Counted from the stretch's first letter, positions 26,196-38,835 are shown. The stretch is 64,000 nucleotides of DNA from Callorhinchus milii (GCF_018977255.1 NW_024704743.1:70372001-70436000), one strand, 5' to 3'. Numbers and translations are program-made. The notes: generated by a model from the letters alone, not told the origin.

Positions 26196-27080
26196 ACAAA
26201 CTGCATTTATGTAGTGCCTTTCACATCAGGAAAATGCCTCAAAACACTTTGCAGAATATACTGAATATTGGAGTGACTGAGTATTTTGTAAATGAATGGG
26301 GCCGCCAATTTATGCACAGCAATGTCCCACGAAATCATGAAGTGAATGACCGATTTTATTTGGTGAAATTGTTGGCTAGGACATCAGGAGAAACTCCAAC
26401 ACTGCAACACACCTCTTCCCCAGCACTATATTAGAGTGTCAATAGACCATATATGTCCCAATGTGGGGCTGGAACCTACCCGTCTCACTCAGAAGTTCAA
26501 GTGCTATCAACTGAGAGAGGTTGACATAAGGTTGACATATTAAATAAATTAAACTCCATTACAATGGGGACACGGTGAGTGAAGTATCAGGGGCTTGGGT
26601 ACATTCTTTAATATCTTCAAACAAGACTTGTCAAACATTTAAATTTATAATTAACCTGCCTCCTCCTTTGTTATCTCTGGACCAGATTATTTCCACCTCC
26701 ATATCAACACAAATTGGATTTAGATGACTATAATTATAGAATATATACTGTATTATGAGTCCATGTACCGGCTAACAATCCAATGTAGTAATGGGTGAGT
26801 GCTATGTTGTCAGAAGTGTCATCCTTCAGATGAAACATTAATTCGAAGTCTTGCCTGCCTCTCCTCAGGCGGGCATTAAAGACCCATGACACTATTCTAA
26901 AAGAGAGGAGAGCTTCCCTCAGTCATCCATTTCATTATTGTTTGTGGGACACGGCGGCGCACAAAATAGCTGCTGTAGTTGCCTACCAAAAAACAGCCAC
27001 CATACTCGACCGTAATTACTGTAAAGCATTTTGAGATGTTTCGATCTATAAAGTGTCATAAAAATGCACGTTCTTTCTTT
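26196..27080. mobile_element. Two old SINEs in opposite orientation (about 26196-26527 minus, 26785-27080 plus)
   Basis: Deu-like cores (TGCACAGCAATGTCCCAC and TGTTTGTGGGACAC) with degenerate tails. Confidence 0.65.
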
Positions 27081-27430
27081 CAGTTTAATTTCTTATGATT
27101 TTGATAGCGAAATTAAGTTGAACAAATTCAATATACTTTCAAAAAGAATGGGCCACCCCACTACAAAATCGCTGTTTTCAGGACAAAATGGACATTTCAG
27201 GAGGAAATGGCGATGTATTAGGGGTATTATTTGCCTCTGCATATTCCTAGGACTCCGTAAATGGAATGACACCTCCTGACGTGAAAGGCGCTCTATAAAT
27301 GTAATTTTGTTGTTGTTGTTGATTGTGCTGCATTTAAATTGCATGTTACTAACACCACATAGGTGCCTAAACTTGAAAATGGGAAAGAATTCAATTTCTA
27401 AGCAACTCTTCCCCTCCTCAGCACAACATT

Positions 27431-27718
27431 TAATAATAATCTTCGTATTTGATATAGTACCTTATCACGTCATTGAAACGTCTCAAAGCGCCTCACAGAA
27501 TGTATTGTAAAGTGGATTAACTGTGTATTTTGTGGGAGAAATGTGGCAGCCAATTGTATAAAACAGTGTCCCACAAACAGGATTGAGTGAACAATTTTTT
27601 TTAGAGGGATTATTAGCCCCGGAAAGCGGTCGGCCAATCGACTTAACAACTGGGTTCCTACTTATTGCTAGGCAAAGAGGCAACTGGAGTAAAGAAACTT
27701 GCCTAAGGTTTTTCCACA
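27431..27718 (-). mobile_element. SINE, long-body subfamily, head truncated
   Basis: The reverse complement carries GCAAGTTTCTTTACTCCAG...CCTAGCAATAAGTAGGAACCCAG...GTCGATTGGCCGACCGCTTTCC, as in the 61737 copy. Confidence 0.85.
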
Positions 27719-27939
27719 CCATTTAAAAAAAATGTGTATCAAGTACATCAGAAAATAAAGAATATTAGACCGGATAGAATTTGATTAACTGAAGTGAGCT
27801 TTTAAGTGCTCCAAGACATTATTCCACATGAAGGGTGCTCTATAAATGCAACATTTTGTTGTTGAACCATACTATACATGTGACGAGCTGTACCCAAAAC
27901 ATATATTTCAACAAGATTGAAGATAGAGGCAGACAAGCA

Positions 27940-29332
27940 ATATTGTATTATACAAAGATAGTTTAATTGTGCAATTAACAATTAATAACCATCCATATCT
28001 GAACATTTTTGCATAAAGAAAAATTGTGATATGCTTTAAAAAAGGGTCCAACATGGTCAGATTTAACAAAATAATTTGTGATCTCATAGTTTCACATAGC
28101 AAGATAACTCATAAAAAAAAGATACACTTGTAATCTTCATACAGAAATTTATACTGAAAAAGCTTCAAATCCATTGTAAACTGAAGGAAGACACATTGCA
28201 AAACATCTATTTTTTGTGTGAATTTTATAAGTTATCTAACATGTTCTATTTTTATTGACCTATGGTTGTTTGCATGATGATTTAACATTAATATAGAAAA
28301 TTGCATACACCATTAAGAGTGAAGCCCATGGTATGAAATTGCTTTGATAACATACAGCAGTTTGTTTAGGCAAATTTTAAAGCACAATTTTTCAATTGAA
28401 ACTTTTAAGACACTTTGTATCACTGCCCATCAAAATACATTTATAAATAGAAAAGGTCAGTATGAAAAAGCATGTTACATGTAACAGAAACTTCAAAAAA
28501 ATTAATTACATCATGAAGCCAAGTTTTCTGAAAATAAATAATCTAGACTACACAAAATTAAAAAAAGGTGTGTTTCACATTTTAAAATCAGGTAATGACA
28601 AGACAGTTACAGTGATTGCTCTTTTGCAGAATAATTGAATGATGGCAGTGCCATATTACACAAGGCAATTATTGGCATATTTTCCATTAACACTGCACTC
28701 TGCAGTGAATAGGGATTTTTTTTGCAACTTTATGATATATAGCTAAGCGCAAACTATCCTCTTGTACATTTTTTAAAAATTTTTAAAAGGCCAGATTTTT
28801 TTTGTAAATTGCAAAAAACACACTGGTATGAATGGCGATTTGAAACTGGAGTGTTTGATCCATTCAGAACCAGGTAATCTGTAATGCTTTGCGGAAGGCT
28901 CCTGAATTTTATGTTTGACAGCCAATACAGTCAAATAACAAACAGTGCCAGTTTCCTCTGCTGGTACTGTGCACAGAAGCTGTCATTAATCCGTAAACAG
29001 CAATTACAAAAATGTTCAAGACGATCCCAAATACTTCATATGTAGCTGCTCTGGGACGCTACCCTGTATGAGGGGCGCTATATAAATGCAAGTTGTTGTT
29101 GTTGCGTGTCTGCATGAAAAAAGAAAAACTTAGTGCAGTCTGCATTATCCACAGGAAAATTGTTCAGTCTTTTACTGGGATTGTTTATCGGGGTTTGTTT
29201 TGTGCAAGTTTGTAAAGACAAATTGGTCTTTCTGATGAATAATGCAGGAAAGTAGACAGTTTTTCATACAATTACATTAGTGGCACAGGTTGAGGAAAGA
29301 AATGATAAGCTACTGTAATGTGAAATCAGGAG
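27940..29332 (-). other. SATB1: SATB1 3' UTR (end uncertain)
   Basis: AT-rich, mostly TE-free sequence after the stop codon. Minus-strand AATAAA lies at 28251-28256 and ATTAAA at 27962-27967; the latter is followed by U/GU-rich sequence. Confidence 0.7.
29045..29104 (+). mobile_element. L2-type 3' tail remnant inside the SATB1 3' UTR (antisense to the mRNA)
   Basis: GCTCTGGGACGCTACCCTGTATGAGGGGCGCTATATAAATGCAAG followed by (TTG)n. Confidence 0.8.
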
Positions 29333-29791
29333 TCAGTCATTTGGCTCCTGATCACAATCTATGTTTTCTGTTGTCCCTTCTCCTGACAAGGTATCTTCTA
29401 TTTTAACTGAAAATATTTCCTTTGAACTTTTGTTTTCCTCACTTTCCTCTGAGTCCTCCAAGTCCTTCAGTAACTCTTCTTTGTTATACTCTGCCACATC
29501 TACCTCCAAACCAGCATGGTCCTTCAGTTTGTCATGATGGTTTAGATGGTAACGCTGGTTTTGAAAAAATTTGATGATGGTAAACCTGGGTAGGTCAAGT
29601 TGAGCAGACAGAGTCTGAATTGCTTCTTCATCTGGGTACAGGCCCACATCTTGTATAAAGCTCTGCAAGATCCCCAGGGCTTCTACAGATATTTTAGTGC
29701 GAGATCTAGGCTTCTGGCGACTCTCATCTTCTGATTCTGCTGGTGATGCCGTGGGCTGCTTAGGTGCAAGCCGGGGTGCTGCTGACTGTTG
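29333..29791 (-). CDS. SATB1: SATB1 last coding exon (atypical homeodomain and acidic C-terminus, TGA stop)
   Basis: Translates to [81 protein letters not shown]...EPND*. FFQNQR is the SATB-type homeodomain helix 3. Acceptor is ctctcttgcctacag|. Confidence 0.97.
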   Translation of the reverse strand, partial: QQSAAPRLAPKQPTASPAESEDESRQKPRSRTKISVEALGILQSFIQDVGLYPDEEAIQTLSAQLDLPRFTIIKFFQNQRYHLNHHDKLKDHAGLEVDVAEYNKEELLKDLEDSEESEENKSSKEIFSVKIEDTLSGEGTTENIDCDQEPND

Positions 29792-29944
29792 CTGTAGGCA
29801 AGAGAGCAATTGATAAATGTACTGGCTTTACAACATTCTATAAGCAACCTTTGATAAACCATCTGCTATCTTTACGTTATAAAACTACTGTCCTTATGAT
29901 TTTAATCCCATCCTCATTCACACTTAGGGCAATGCAGAAGAAAA

Positions 29945-30765
29945 ATAGAACCATTGAACCACCTTACATTACAGAAGAAGGCCATTTGATCATTTGCCTT
30001 TGTGCTAGCTCTTTGAAGCAGCAATCATTTAGTCCCATTTACTTGTCTTTCCCCCATATCCCTACAAATGACTTCTTTTTGGTATCTATCTTGCTGGCAC
30101 AGACACGATGTGCTGAATGGCTTTCTTCTGGGCTATGGATTTCTATGGGTCTATCTGGTATGGTTGTTGCCTCTACCACTGTTCCTGGCAGGGCATTCCA
30201 CATCCTAACAACTCAGTGCAATAAATTCCTACTAATCCCGTCTGCTTTTATTTTGTAACTATCTTTTAGTAATGCTCTATAGTCACCAACTCACCAATCT
30301 GTGGAAATAATTTGTCTCATTGGCTGTAACTAGAGGGCACAAATATAAGATAGCTTGGAGTAGATCTAATAGGGAGTTTAGGAGGAACATTTTTCACTTA
30401 GAAGCTGGTCATAATGTGGAACTCGCTGCCAGAAGCTGTGGTTGAAACAAACAGCATCAATGTAGTGAAGAGAAAAGTTAATGCATACATGAGGGAGAAG
30501 GAAAAGGGAAAGAGGTGAGTGGAATTGGATTGGTGGGAAGGGATTGGGTGGTCCAAACTTTAGTCTGCTGTGGGACAGATGCCCTATTTGAGAAACATCC
30601 GCAGGCCACATAAGCAGTATTTTTGTGTTTCCCTTCCAGAAACATAACATAAAATTCAAGAGTTTATGGAGGGAGCGGGTAGGCCAGATGAAATGGAGGG
30701 AGCTAGGGGCTGGACAAGTTAGGCCAAATGGCTTGTTTTCATGCCTTATTACTTTGTGTAACTCT
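29945..30765. mobile_element. Cluster of CR1 3' fragments in both orientations in the last SATB1 intron
   Basis: Contains GGCAGGGCATTCCACATCCTAACAACTC (minus), ACTAGAGGGCACAAATATAAGAT...TGTGGAACTCGCTGCC (plus), and several GGCC.AATGGC-type tails. Confidence 0.72.
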
Positions 30766-31026
30766 GTCAAAACCCTTCAAAAACCTATCAAGTTTCTATT
30801 ATCTTTAACACATCTATATAATTCTATCTTTAGTAAAAATAATACAAATTATAATAATAACAATAACTATTAATGTGTTTCAATATTAAATTGCTTGGTA
30901 ACATATCAGTATCAATTCACTATGTAGTTTCCAATTATTAGAAGAAACTACAAAATAACTTCCTCTTTTCAGAGAGAGTTCTTAATTCGCATATGTATAA
31001 ATAGTAGTTATTCAAGGTAAATTCAC

Positions 31027-31230
31027 CTGTATTGGTTCTGTTGGAACATGGATAATGTGGGTTGGTCTGTCTCCATGGTGATGGATTAAGTTGCTCTCTT
31101 GTTCATAAATGGCATCTCTTTCAGCCTGAGAAAAGTTCAGGAACCTTCGAATCAATGACAAATTTTCCCAAAGCGTCCGATTCTCTGGTGATGGGTCTTC
31201 CTTCCAGCGCAAAAGCTCACACAGCCATCC
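31027..31230 (-). CDS. SATB1: SATB1 internal coding exon (second half of CUT2), 204 nt, phase 0/0
   Basis: Translates to [68 protein letters not shown]. The HHHGDRP.HIIHVP segment is SATB1-like rather than SATB2-like. Acceptor is ttgtcatcaag| and donor is |gtgaat. Confidence 0.97.
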
Positions 31231-34200
31231 CTTGATGACAAGAATGTGAATAAAACAAAAATAGTTTGATTGATTGACCTTTGGGAAGTGCTAGTGAGAA
31301 ACTTGCAGATTGTTCCATCCACAGTGCTATTTAACAAAACAGTGTTTAATCACATTGCTTATAAAATATGGTACCATCATAATTGGTCATCTCATCTGAT
31401 AAAAACTTATCAAAACATTTATAGTGAAGGCAAATTATCCAATACATTTGTAGTGTAATGTTAGAAATCTAAGGTGCATACAATTACTACAAGAACATAG
31501 GAAACTGTGGAAGGTAGAGCAGCCATTTAGCCCATCACTTCATAGACATTCGACAATCTGTGCTTTGACGAAACCCGTTTAAACCACTTAACCTGCTGAA
31601 CGTAGGTTCTGCAAGTTTCTCTTTGCCACTTCCCAAAGATCAATCAATCAAAGCTCCAGAATATAGATCTGAATTTAATTGTGCATTGTAAACCCTTAAT
31701 GAATGACATTTCTTGGCAAGTTGCCACTGTCCAATAGCTTGCATGTGTGCCATTACTGCTTCACACCACATTCATTCAATCAAATATTCCTGCATATTTT
31801 ATAATAACCCTCCATCCTATCCTTATTCATGATAATTGGGTCTGATGAAGTTGACTGGCCTAAATGTTCAGAGACGTAGAATAACCAGCATCTAGCAAAC
31901 AGTCTCTTTAGTTAAATCCAAGTTTTAAATATTAGGAAATGTGTTCACCCATATTTGCATTTGAGGGCGTAGAGTTATTGTGAGTCTACTGAAACGATGT
32001 GGTTCAGATTCTTAAGCTTCATGCATAAATGTAGAAATGTACACAATGAAACTATTAACAATTTTCTGACTCTCATTTGGATTTTATTAACTTTCAAAAG
32101 ACACAGGAAACAAAATTATGTGTAGCAAGCAGCTGGCAGATGAAACACCCTTGTGCTTTGCTTTGTTTCAAGGGATGTAACTTCCTAGCAATCCACGCAA
32201 GATTGCTTTGGTCTTCCTATGTATTTAAAATACAAAACACAAAATTACATTTGTAGAGATGTTCATTAAGTTAGATGAGAGAAGTAAAGAATTCTCTATA
32301 AGGAAATTGCTTCTATATTTGGAAGGCAAGAATGAACTTTGGTAGTATTTTACTCCCAAATACTGCTAATTTTTCTAATTGTAAACCTATCTTTTTGGAC
32401 CTCTTTCACGTACTTTTTTCTAAAAAATATTTATAGGGAATTAAACCATTATGATTAAATGTCATAAAATGTATATTTGTTTCTAAAATGTGAACTGTGT
32501 TGATTAAATTTCAATGGCCAATGCTGAACTGTAGAGAAAATCTTTGTTAAATCATTTTTGGTCAGTCAGTTTCCAAAGTGCTCGTACTACCAGCTGAGAA
32601 AGTTATTGTTAAAGTAATTGTGGAAACAGTACTTAAATAATTGTTGTTAAATTAGGATTTTCACAAATGTAATTAGTTAGATGGTAACACAGAAACAGTT
32701 ACAGGCAATGGTAGACCACTGGTCCATCCAACCAACCCAACCCAAAAAATGTCATTGATTTGCTTATCAAAGTCAGTCTCGTGATTCTACGTCATATATA
32801 GGGCATTCCCTAGCAAGGAGTCTATTTACATAGTAGGTACTTTTTCTGTTAGTCATGCAGAAACTATGCCACAAAAATGCTTCTTAAGACGCCCAATAGT
32901 TGTGATATTCTACCTGCCATTATATGTGGTGACTTTGACAGTGTGCACTTAGATTAGGGAAGTCCTATTGTAAGCATACATTGTCAGAGTCGGTGTACTT
33001 AATTACAAGCAATATCACCTGTGTGTGTTCAATGTTGCTTTTTACATTAGAGGAATACAATGAAGGTATCATAAAGCTACTTTTTAGCTGCATTTAAATG
33101 TCATCTACATCATAGAGTGTACAAGATACGATAACCTAGTCCATTATGTCAGCATCAATGAATGTTTTCCATCAGTAAGTAGCAAATAGTACAATTGGAA
33201 ACCTCATTTTAGAGGCACCTAAGCAAATTTTCAGGCATCTTTTAATAAGAAGGCAGAGTCAGTATTTGATTTTCGCATACATAAGTGACTGTTAATAACA
33301 GCAGTAGTTCAGCCACTTTGTTGCTTCACATATCCATGATCCTTGTGGAAATGCATATAAGTAAAGAACAACCCCTTCAGGATGAATGTGCAATACTGAG
33401 AGATACTAAGCATGTTAATACATACCACACTGTTTAACCAAGTGTATAACTACTGCATTAAATCAGTGTTCACAGCTGGACACAGAAGTTAGCTCTGGAT
33501 TAACTGCATTTCTTGACATTAGATCAAAACTTTAGATATCGCTAGATCAGCTTCTAAAAAGTGCAAAATTAAGATTATGAAATAAAGGGGAAAACAAGCT
33601 TTAAAATGTTCTTCTCTATTAACTAGTGCACATCTTCTGCAAAACATTTTCTAAACCTCACAATATATGTGATCAGACTTTCCATCACAATATATTGGTT
33701 CTGAACCAAATGATCCCTGGAGCATACCCACATTTTTGTCTCAGGTAAAAATTTAAATAGACCTTACTAAATTTGAATCACAGTTTTAGCTTTATTTAAA
33801 GAGGCAAAAGGAGGTCAAATTTTCCAATTATCTGCTCTACAAGTGCAAATACAAAACACCTGAACTAACTACAGTAATCTGATTGGCATTAGCATCAATG
33901 AGATCCAATTGGGTTGTGATTAAATCCTTGTTGATAACTCCCTAAGTGGCTGATGCTAATGATCTACTTGAATAAGATGTGTCCAATCTTGGTGATATTT
34001 TATTTCACAAAACTCAAATGTGAGTGAGAGAAATTTAAAAAAAAAACGATTGCCAATTCAGCTCTGAGACAGCATGTGATGGATGGAGAGAGATTACAGT
34101 TGCGAGTCTCGTTCAATTTTGAGCCAGAGTGCATAAAACCGCTCAGAAGTTATGGCTAAACAATGCCTGATTTAAGTCACTAAACCTCTGTATATGTACG

Positions 34201-35201
34201 TATTCGTCGACACTCCAGACCCAATCTCCCTACCTCTATGTTGCCCATTTTTCCCACATCATTTCTTTCTTGTTCTCCCTCTCCTGATTTTTGTAATTTC
34301 CTTTTATTTCACTGTAAATTTAAATGCAAATAGGGTGTGTTCTGCCCATTATTCCTCCATCATCCAAAATTAGCTTGCAAAACTTTAAATTAATTGGCTA
34401 CTTATCTCATTGTTGTTTGTGGGATGTTAGCCAAGATTGGTTATTTCATTTGCCTACACAAACAACAAAATTCATTACACATCAAAGTAATGGCATATGT
34501 TAATGATAAGTACATTATTCAATACCAAACTTTATTTAAGATTAGCCCTTTGGTCTGGAAATTCCGTGGAAAATTGTGGCCTTTTAGTTTTAAAGCGCCA
34601 TAGGATGCCATAAATATTAATATAAAAAAATGCTTACACAGAATTGTCAAACCATTTTTGGGAACAGGGTTTATTCCTAATTAGCTTCTGTTTACCCTGC
34701 AAGCAAAAACCCTACTAGGTAGAATGATCATAGCCAGACAAGCAACAGGAAGCTTGCCAGAAAGTGCTCTCAATGGCAAGCGTTTTTTGTTGGTTAAACT
34801 CTACAGTACCCCCAAAAGGACACTCTGGGGACTCTGAAGAGTTGCTAACCTGCTTGAAATACTTCCTGGAGTTAGGTAAGCAGGGCGCATCCCTCCAGGG
34901 AGAGAGAGCATACATTACATTCCAAACACAGAGAAATTTCCAGACTTAGATGGAATGTATAAGTGGAATTCTCAGTCTGGTTTGGATATCCTTAAGCATG
35001 ATGATGGTTTTATGTGCGATAACCAAAAAAACAAGTTTACAAGAAACACCGAAGCAAGTTTTGCCCAGCGCACCATAATCAATGCTTCTCATCTCACATT
35101 AAATAAGATCCACTGGTTTTGGTGAGTGGCAAGGCAATTCATTTGACTCGTCATGATCAACCTACGATAAGAACTGATTACACTGTGGCCTGGGCCAGCA
35201 C

Positions 35202-35332
35202 CTTTCCATGGAAACCATCACAAACACCCTCACCCGCTACAAACCCGCTATCAATGTAGTTTCTGGCCTGTGGGCTTCCTGGCTATTTAACTGACGTCAC
35301 TGTGGGTGAGGTGACTCTGAAAGTGCATGCGC
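35202..35332. promoter_or_regulatory. Intronic promoter/enhancer-like motif cluster
   Basis: RFX X-box-like palindrome TTTCCATGGAAA at 35203-35214, full CRE TGACGTCA at 35292-35299, NRF1-like GTGCATGCGC at 35323-35332, with locally retained CpGs. Confidence 0.45.
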
Positions 35333-35378
35333 GATGCGGCAAATAGGCTTCACTCAGAGGCCTCGCTGTTGTGATTGT

Positions 35379-35552
35379 CTATGTGTGTGTGAGAGAGTGT
35401 GTGAGAGTGTATGATCACATGTGTGTGTCTCTATATGCATTTGTGAGTGCCTGTGTGTGTCTCTCTCTCTATTTGTGAGTGTCTGTGTGAGTATATCTGT
35501 GTCTCCCTGTCCTCTGTGTGTTTGTGGGTGTCTCTCTCTGGGTCTGTGTGGT
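35379..35552. repeat. Compound (TG)/(GA)/(TC) microsatellite, degenerate
   Basis: Runs of TGTGTG, GAGAGA and TCTCTC. Confidence 0.85.
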
Positions 35553-36420
35553 GCTGGGTACTGAGAGCTCCTGTAACCTCGCTGGTCCCCCCTCCCCATC
35601 CCCCCAAAAATAAGGCCACCCAGTTTTTTGTTAAAGAAGCAATTTTTTTTTTGCAACAATCTAATATATGCTATTTCCTCATGTTTATTTTTTATCAATG
35701 AAGTGAAAAAATGTAGGTTGGCAGTAAAATGTTCCTCAATAGCACCAATTAATGCCTCAACATTTTCTGCAAGATTTCCCTGCAATTTTGGGCAAATATA
35801 TCTGCACTTTTCTATTGGCCCAGATCATGACTTATGTTTTATAACAGAATATTTTAGGAATGTGAGAGTATATGACTTTATTTGTAGATTTCCTTTGCTA
35901 TTAGTTGCAGAATGATTTGGCATTGGTAGTAGATGAAATAGAATTGTACCAGAACGGAAAGAAAAAGCAAAATAAAATTTACTTAATTTGTTATTTACTG
36001 TATTTCTATCAGTGAAGCAACTTGCGTGACCATTTCACAATTACATTAAAATGCTTCTTCAAGGTTTAACTTTCTTTGGAATGGGCTTGTACCTCAGCTG
36101 ATCGTATTGATTCTATTTGTAAACCACATCCTGGAGGTAGTTTTAGCAGCATGGCTCGGAATTCAACTGGTGCAATTTTAACCCAATTTGTGCTGGAATT
36201 TTAGCATTAGTTCAACAAGATGAGCAGCATTTAATTGATGGTAACTGTGCTGTATTCCCAGTACATTATATTTTGAGAGTAAGCTCATGTAGCTTGGGAC
36301 TCACCAAGCATGATGACTTTAGGATTTTTTTCTTAAAAAAAGGCCACACACCAGGATCCTCCCTTAACTCGGATACCTGTCCCAACAGAATGTGTTTTTT
36401 TCTCCTCACCTACTGGTGTT

Positions 36421-36552
36421 ACATAGGAACAGGAGTAAGCCATTCAGCAACTCAAGCCTGTTCCTCCATTCTATAAGATCATGGCTGATCTGTACCTCAA
36501 ATGAAATTACCTGCACTTGCCCCATATCCCTTGATACCCTTACCTAACAAAT
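36421..36552 (-). mobile_element. CR1 3' end
   Basis: ACATAGGAACAGGAGTAAGCCATTCAGC...GATCATGGCTGATCTG...CCCCATATCCCTTGATACCCTTACC is a typical reverse-complement CR1 terminus. Confidence 0.8.
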
Positions 36553-36702
36553 ATCAGATGGCATTTTGGATCGTGGGCCCCTAAACAACATCAATCAAGC
36601 ATTAGCTAGCCATGTACATTCCATAGAGGATGGATGGAACGAAGATTTGCAGGGCAGACTTTTCCAAAATGAAAACAAACTTTGTTTTGCTGATGTGGGT
36701 AA

Positions 36703-37245
36703 AATAATAATTCTTGCATTCGATACAACATTTTCCACGTTAGGAATATCCCTCAAAGCTCTTCACAGCATTTGCTGTCAAGTGTAGTGATTAGAGAGGT
36801 GAATGCAGGATGCCAATGTGCACTCTCAATGCCCAACAAACAAATGAATGATCATTTTTAACTTGGTGGAATATTGGCCAGAACATCAGAAAAAACTCCT
36901 GAACAGGCAGATGGGTCATTGGTTTAATTTCTCATCCAAAAGATGGTACCTCCAACAATGCTGCCTTTCCCCAGCATCTCATTGGAATATCAGCCAGTGA
37001 GTTCAAAGTCCTGACGTATAATAATAATAATCTTTACATTTCATATTGTGCCTTATCGTGTCTTTGAGACGTCTCAAAGCACTTCACAGAATATACTGTA
37101 AAGTGAATTGTGTATTTTGGGGGCGAAACACAGGAGCCAATTGCGCACAGCAGTGTCCCACAAACAGTCATGGATTTATTTTACTTAAGGGATTATTACA
37201 TGAGGCTTGAACTCACAAGAGGTGAGAGTGCTCGCAACTAAATCA
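36703..37245 (-). mobile_element. Old long SINE with a younger SINE 3' half nested at about 37019-37197
   Basis: Two (TAA)n tails. The inner copy has GCCAATTGCGCACAGCAGTGTCCCACAAACAG, and the outer head remnant resumes near 37200. Confidence 0.75.
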
Positions 37246-38835
37246 GCCTTTTGTAAGAGTTCAGCACATAATGGCCTACATGGAAATAAAAATATAATTT
37301 TGAACGAAAAGGCTGCTGCAGCTTAAAAAAGAGCTTGTTTCATATCCTAATACAGGTATTGGCAGGCTTCATTCTTATTTTTGACATATAGGACTTTACG
37401 TTTATGTACTAATTATATGCCTCAGTAAAAGTGACGCGTGAGTTGCCCCGGCCTTGCCCTCCATTAACATTCATCATCATCCAGTTGTTAATTTAAGCTT
37501 GTTTGGGTCACACTGCTCTGGCTCCTGGCAATGTTATTCTGTGAATTTTTTGTTTAGCAAAGCATTAAAGAGCTGACACAAATATTTTGAATTTATATAA
37601 ATCATACATTTGGCCATAAAAAGATAATTTTAGTTGCTTGGGTCTCGTTACCCGATTTCTTTTTCCAAATTATTTCCCACTCCTCTACTGCAGCATAATT
37701 TAGCTCCTCAATAAAGGCAGACCAAAGCCAAAAAACATCAACTCAGTTATTCATTTGCATAACAAAATCAGAAGTAAACCTGGATTGTTACTTAAATTGG
37801 CTAAACTTCATAAATCAACAGGTAAAACTCATATGGCCTCACTTTTTAAAAATAAATTTTTAAGTGCTAGTTTGGATACCACACCCAAGTAACCTGTATT
37901 CACATGTGAGCCTCGACAGTGAGTGATAGTAGGCTATATAATATACTGATATACTGCCTTACCATGTGCTTCACAAAACTTATAAAGTTTAGTGATTGTG
38001 TGTTTGTAAGTGAACGCAATAGCTAATTTACACATAGCAAAGTTCCACAAATGAAGTAAATAATTAAGAGAAAGTCACTCGTCTTTTCAAATATTTCCGT
38101 GGGAGAACTGGCAGACATAACTTGAATTAACATCTATCTGAAGGAAGGTACATATGACAATATCCCCCCACAGCATTGCAGACACAAACTCCTTCCAGTG
38201 CAGGGCTTACAGGATACGGATCACTGGATTGTGAACTTTGGTTTCCAATTCCTAACCCAGGAGCGCTGAGACCAATTGTATTGCTCCAAATGCTATCCTA
38301 GTTGAGATCAGCTAACTGGGCACAGATCAAAATCTGAACTAGAACCTTCTGGCCTATTCTGGCTGTGCCTTTATTCCTTCCGGTCATTAGAAGAGCTCTG
38401 TTTCTATTTATAACGAGATATCGACTAAACCGTCTTCTATCGCACTAGGCCTACCCATTTACCCAAAATTGTAAACCATTCATAGAACAAATATACACGT
38501 GAAACTTTGTGATTTGCCACTTCTTTTTTCCAATAGGTAAATTTCTGCCTCCTGCATCCCATCTAAACAACTTGAATTTATATAGTGTTTTTCACATTGA
38601 GTAACACGTTGGAGCGCTTCGTATAGACAAAAGCCAAGCAGGGAGGGTAGAATAGTGGGGTGAGATTTACGCACACTTGTATATGTATTTGTCTGAGGAC
38701 AGATTGGGCTCAGGTGTGAAGGACCTCCACAACTTCTCAATGTGTGACTTGGGTGGAAAACTATCTCAAGTAGCCTGGCAATGCTGAAAATGTTTTGAAA
38801 ATCACTTTCCCATTTCTAAAATAGGATTGATACAT

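Noticed and set aside
29304..29312. ATAAGCTA, a miR-21 8mer-like site near the stop codon
   Set aside because: It lies on the plus strand, antisense to the SATB1 mRNA.
35354..35785. 143-aa His/Thr-rich ORF
   Set aside because: The composition comes from translating the (TG)/(GA) microsatellite.
36535..36552. Minus-strand AG|GTAAG as a recursive splice site in the 26.7-kb intron
   Set aside because: It lies inside a CR1 remnant and has a poor polypyrimidine tract.
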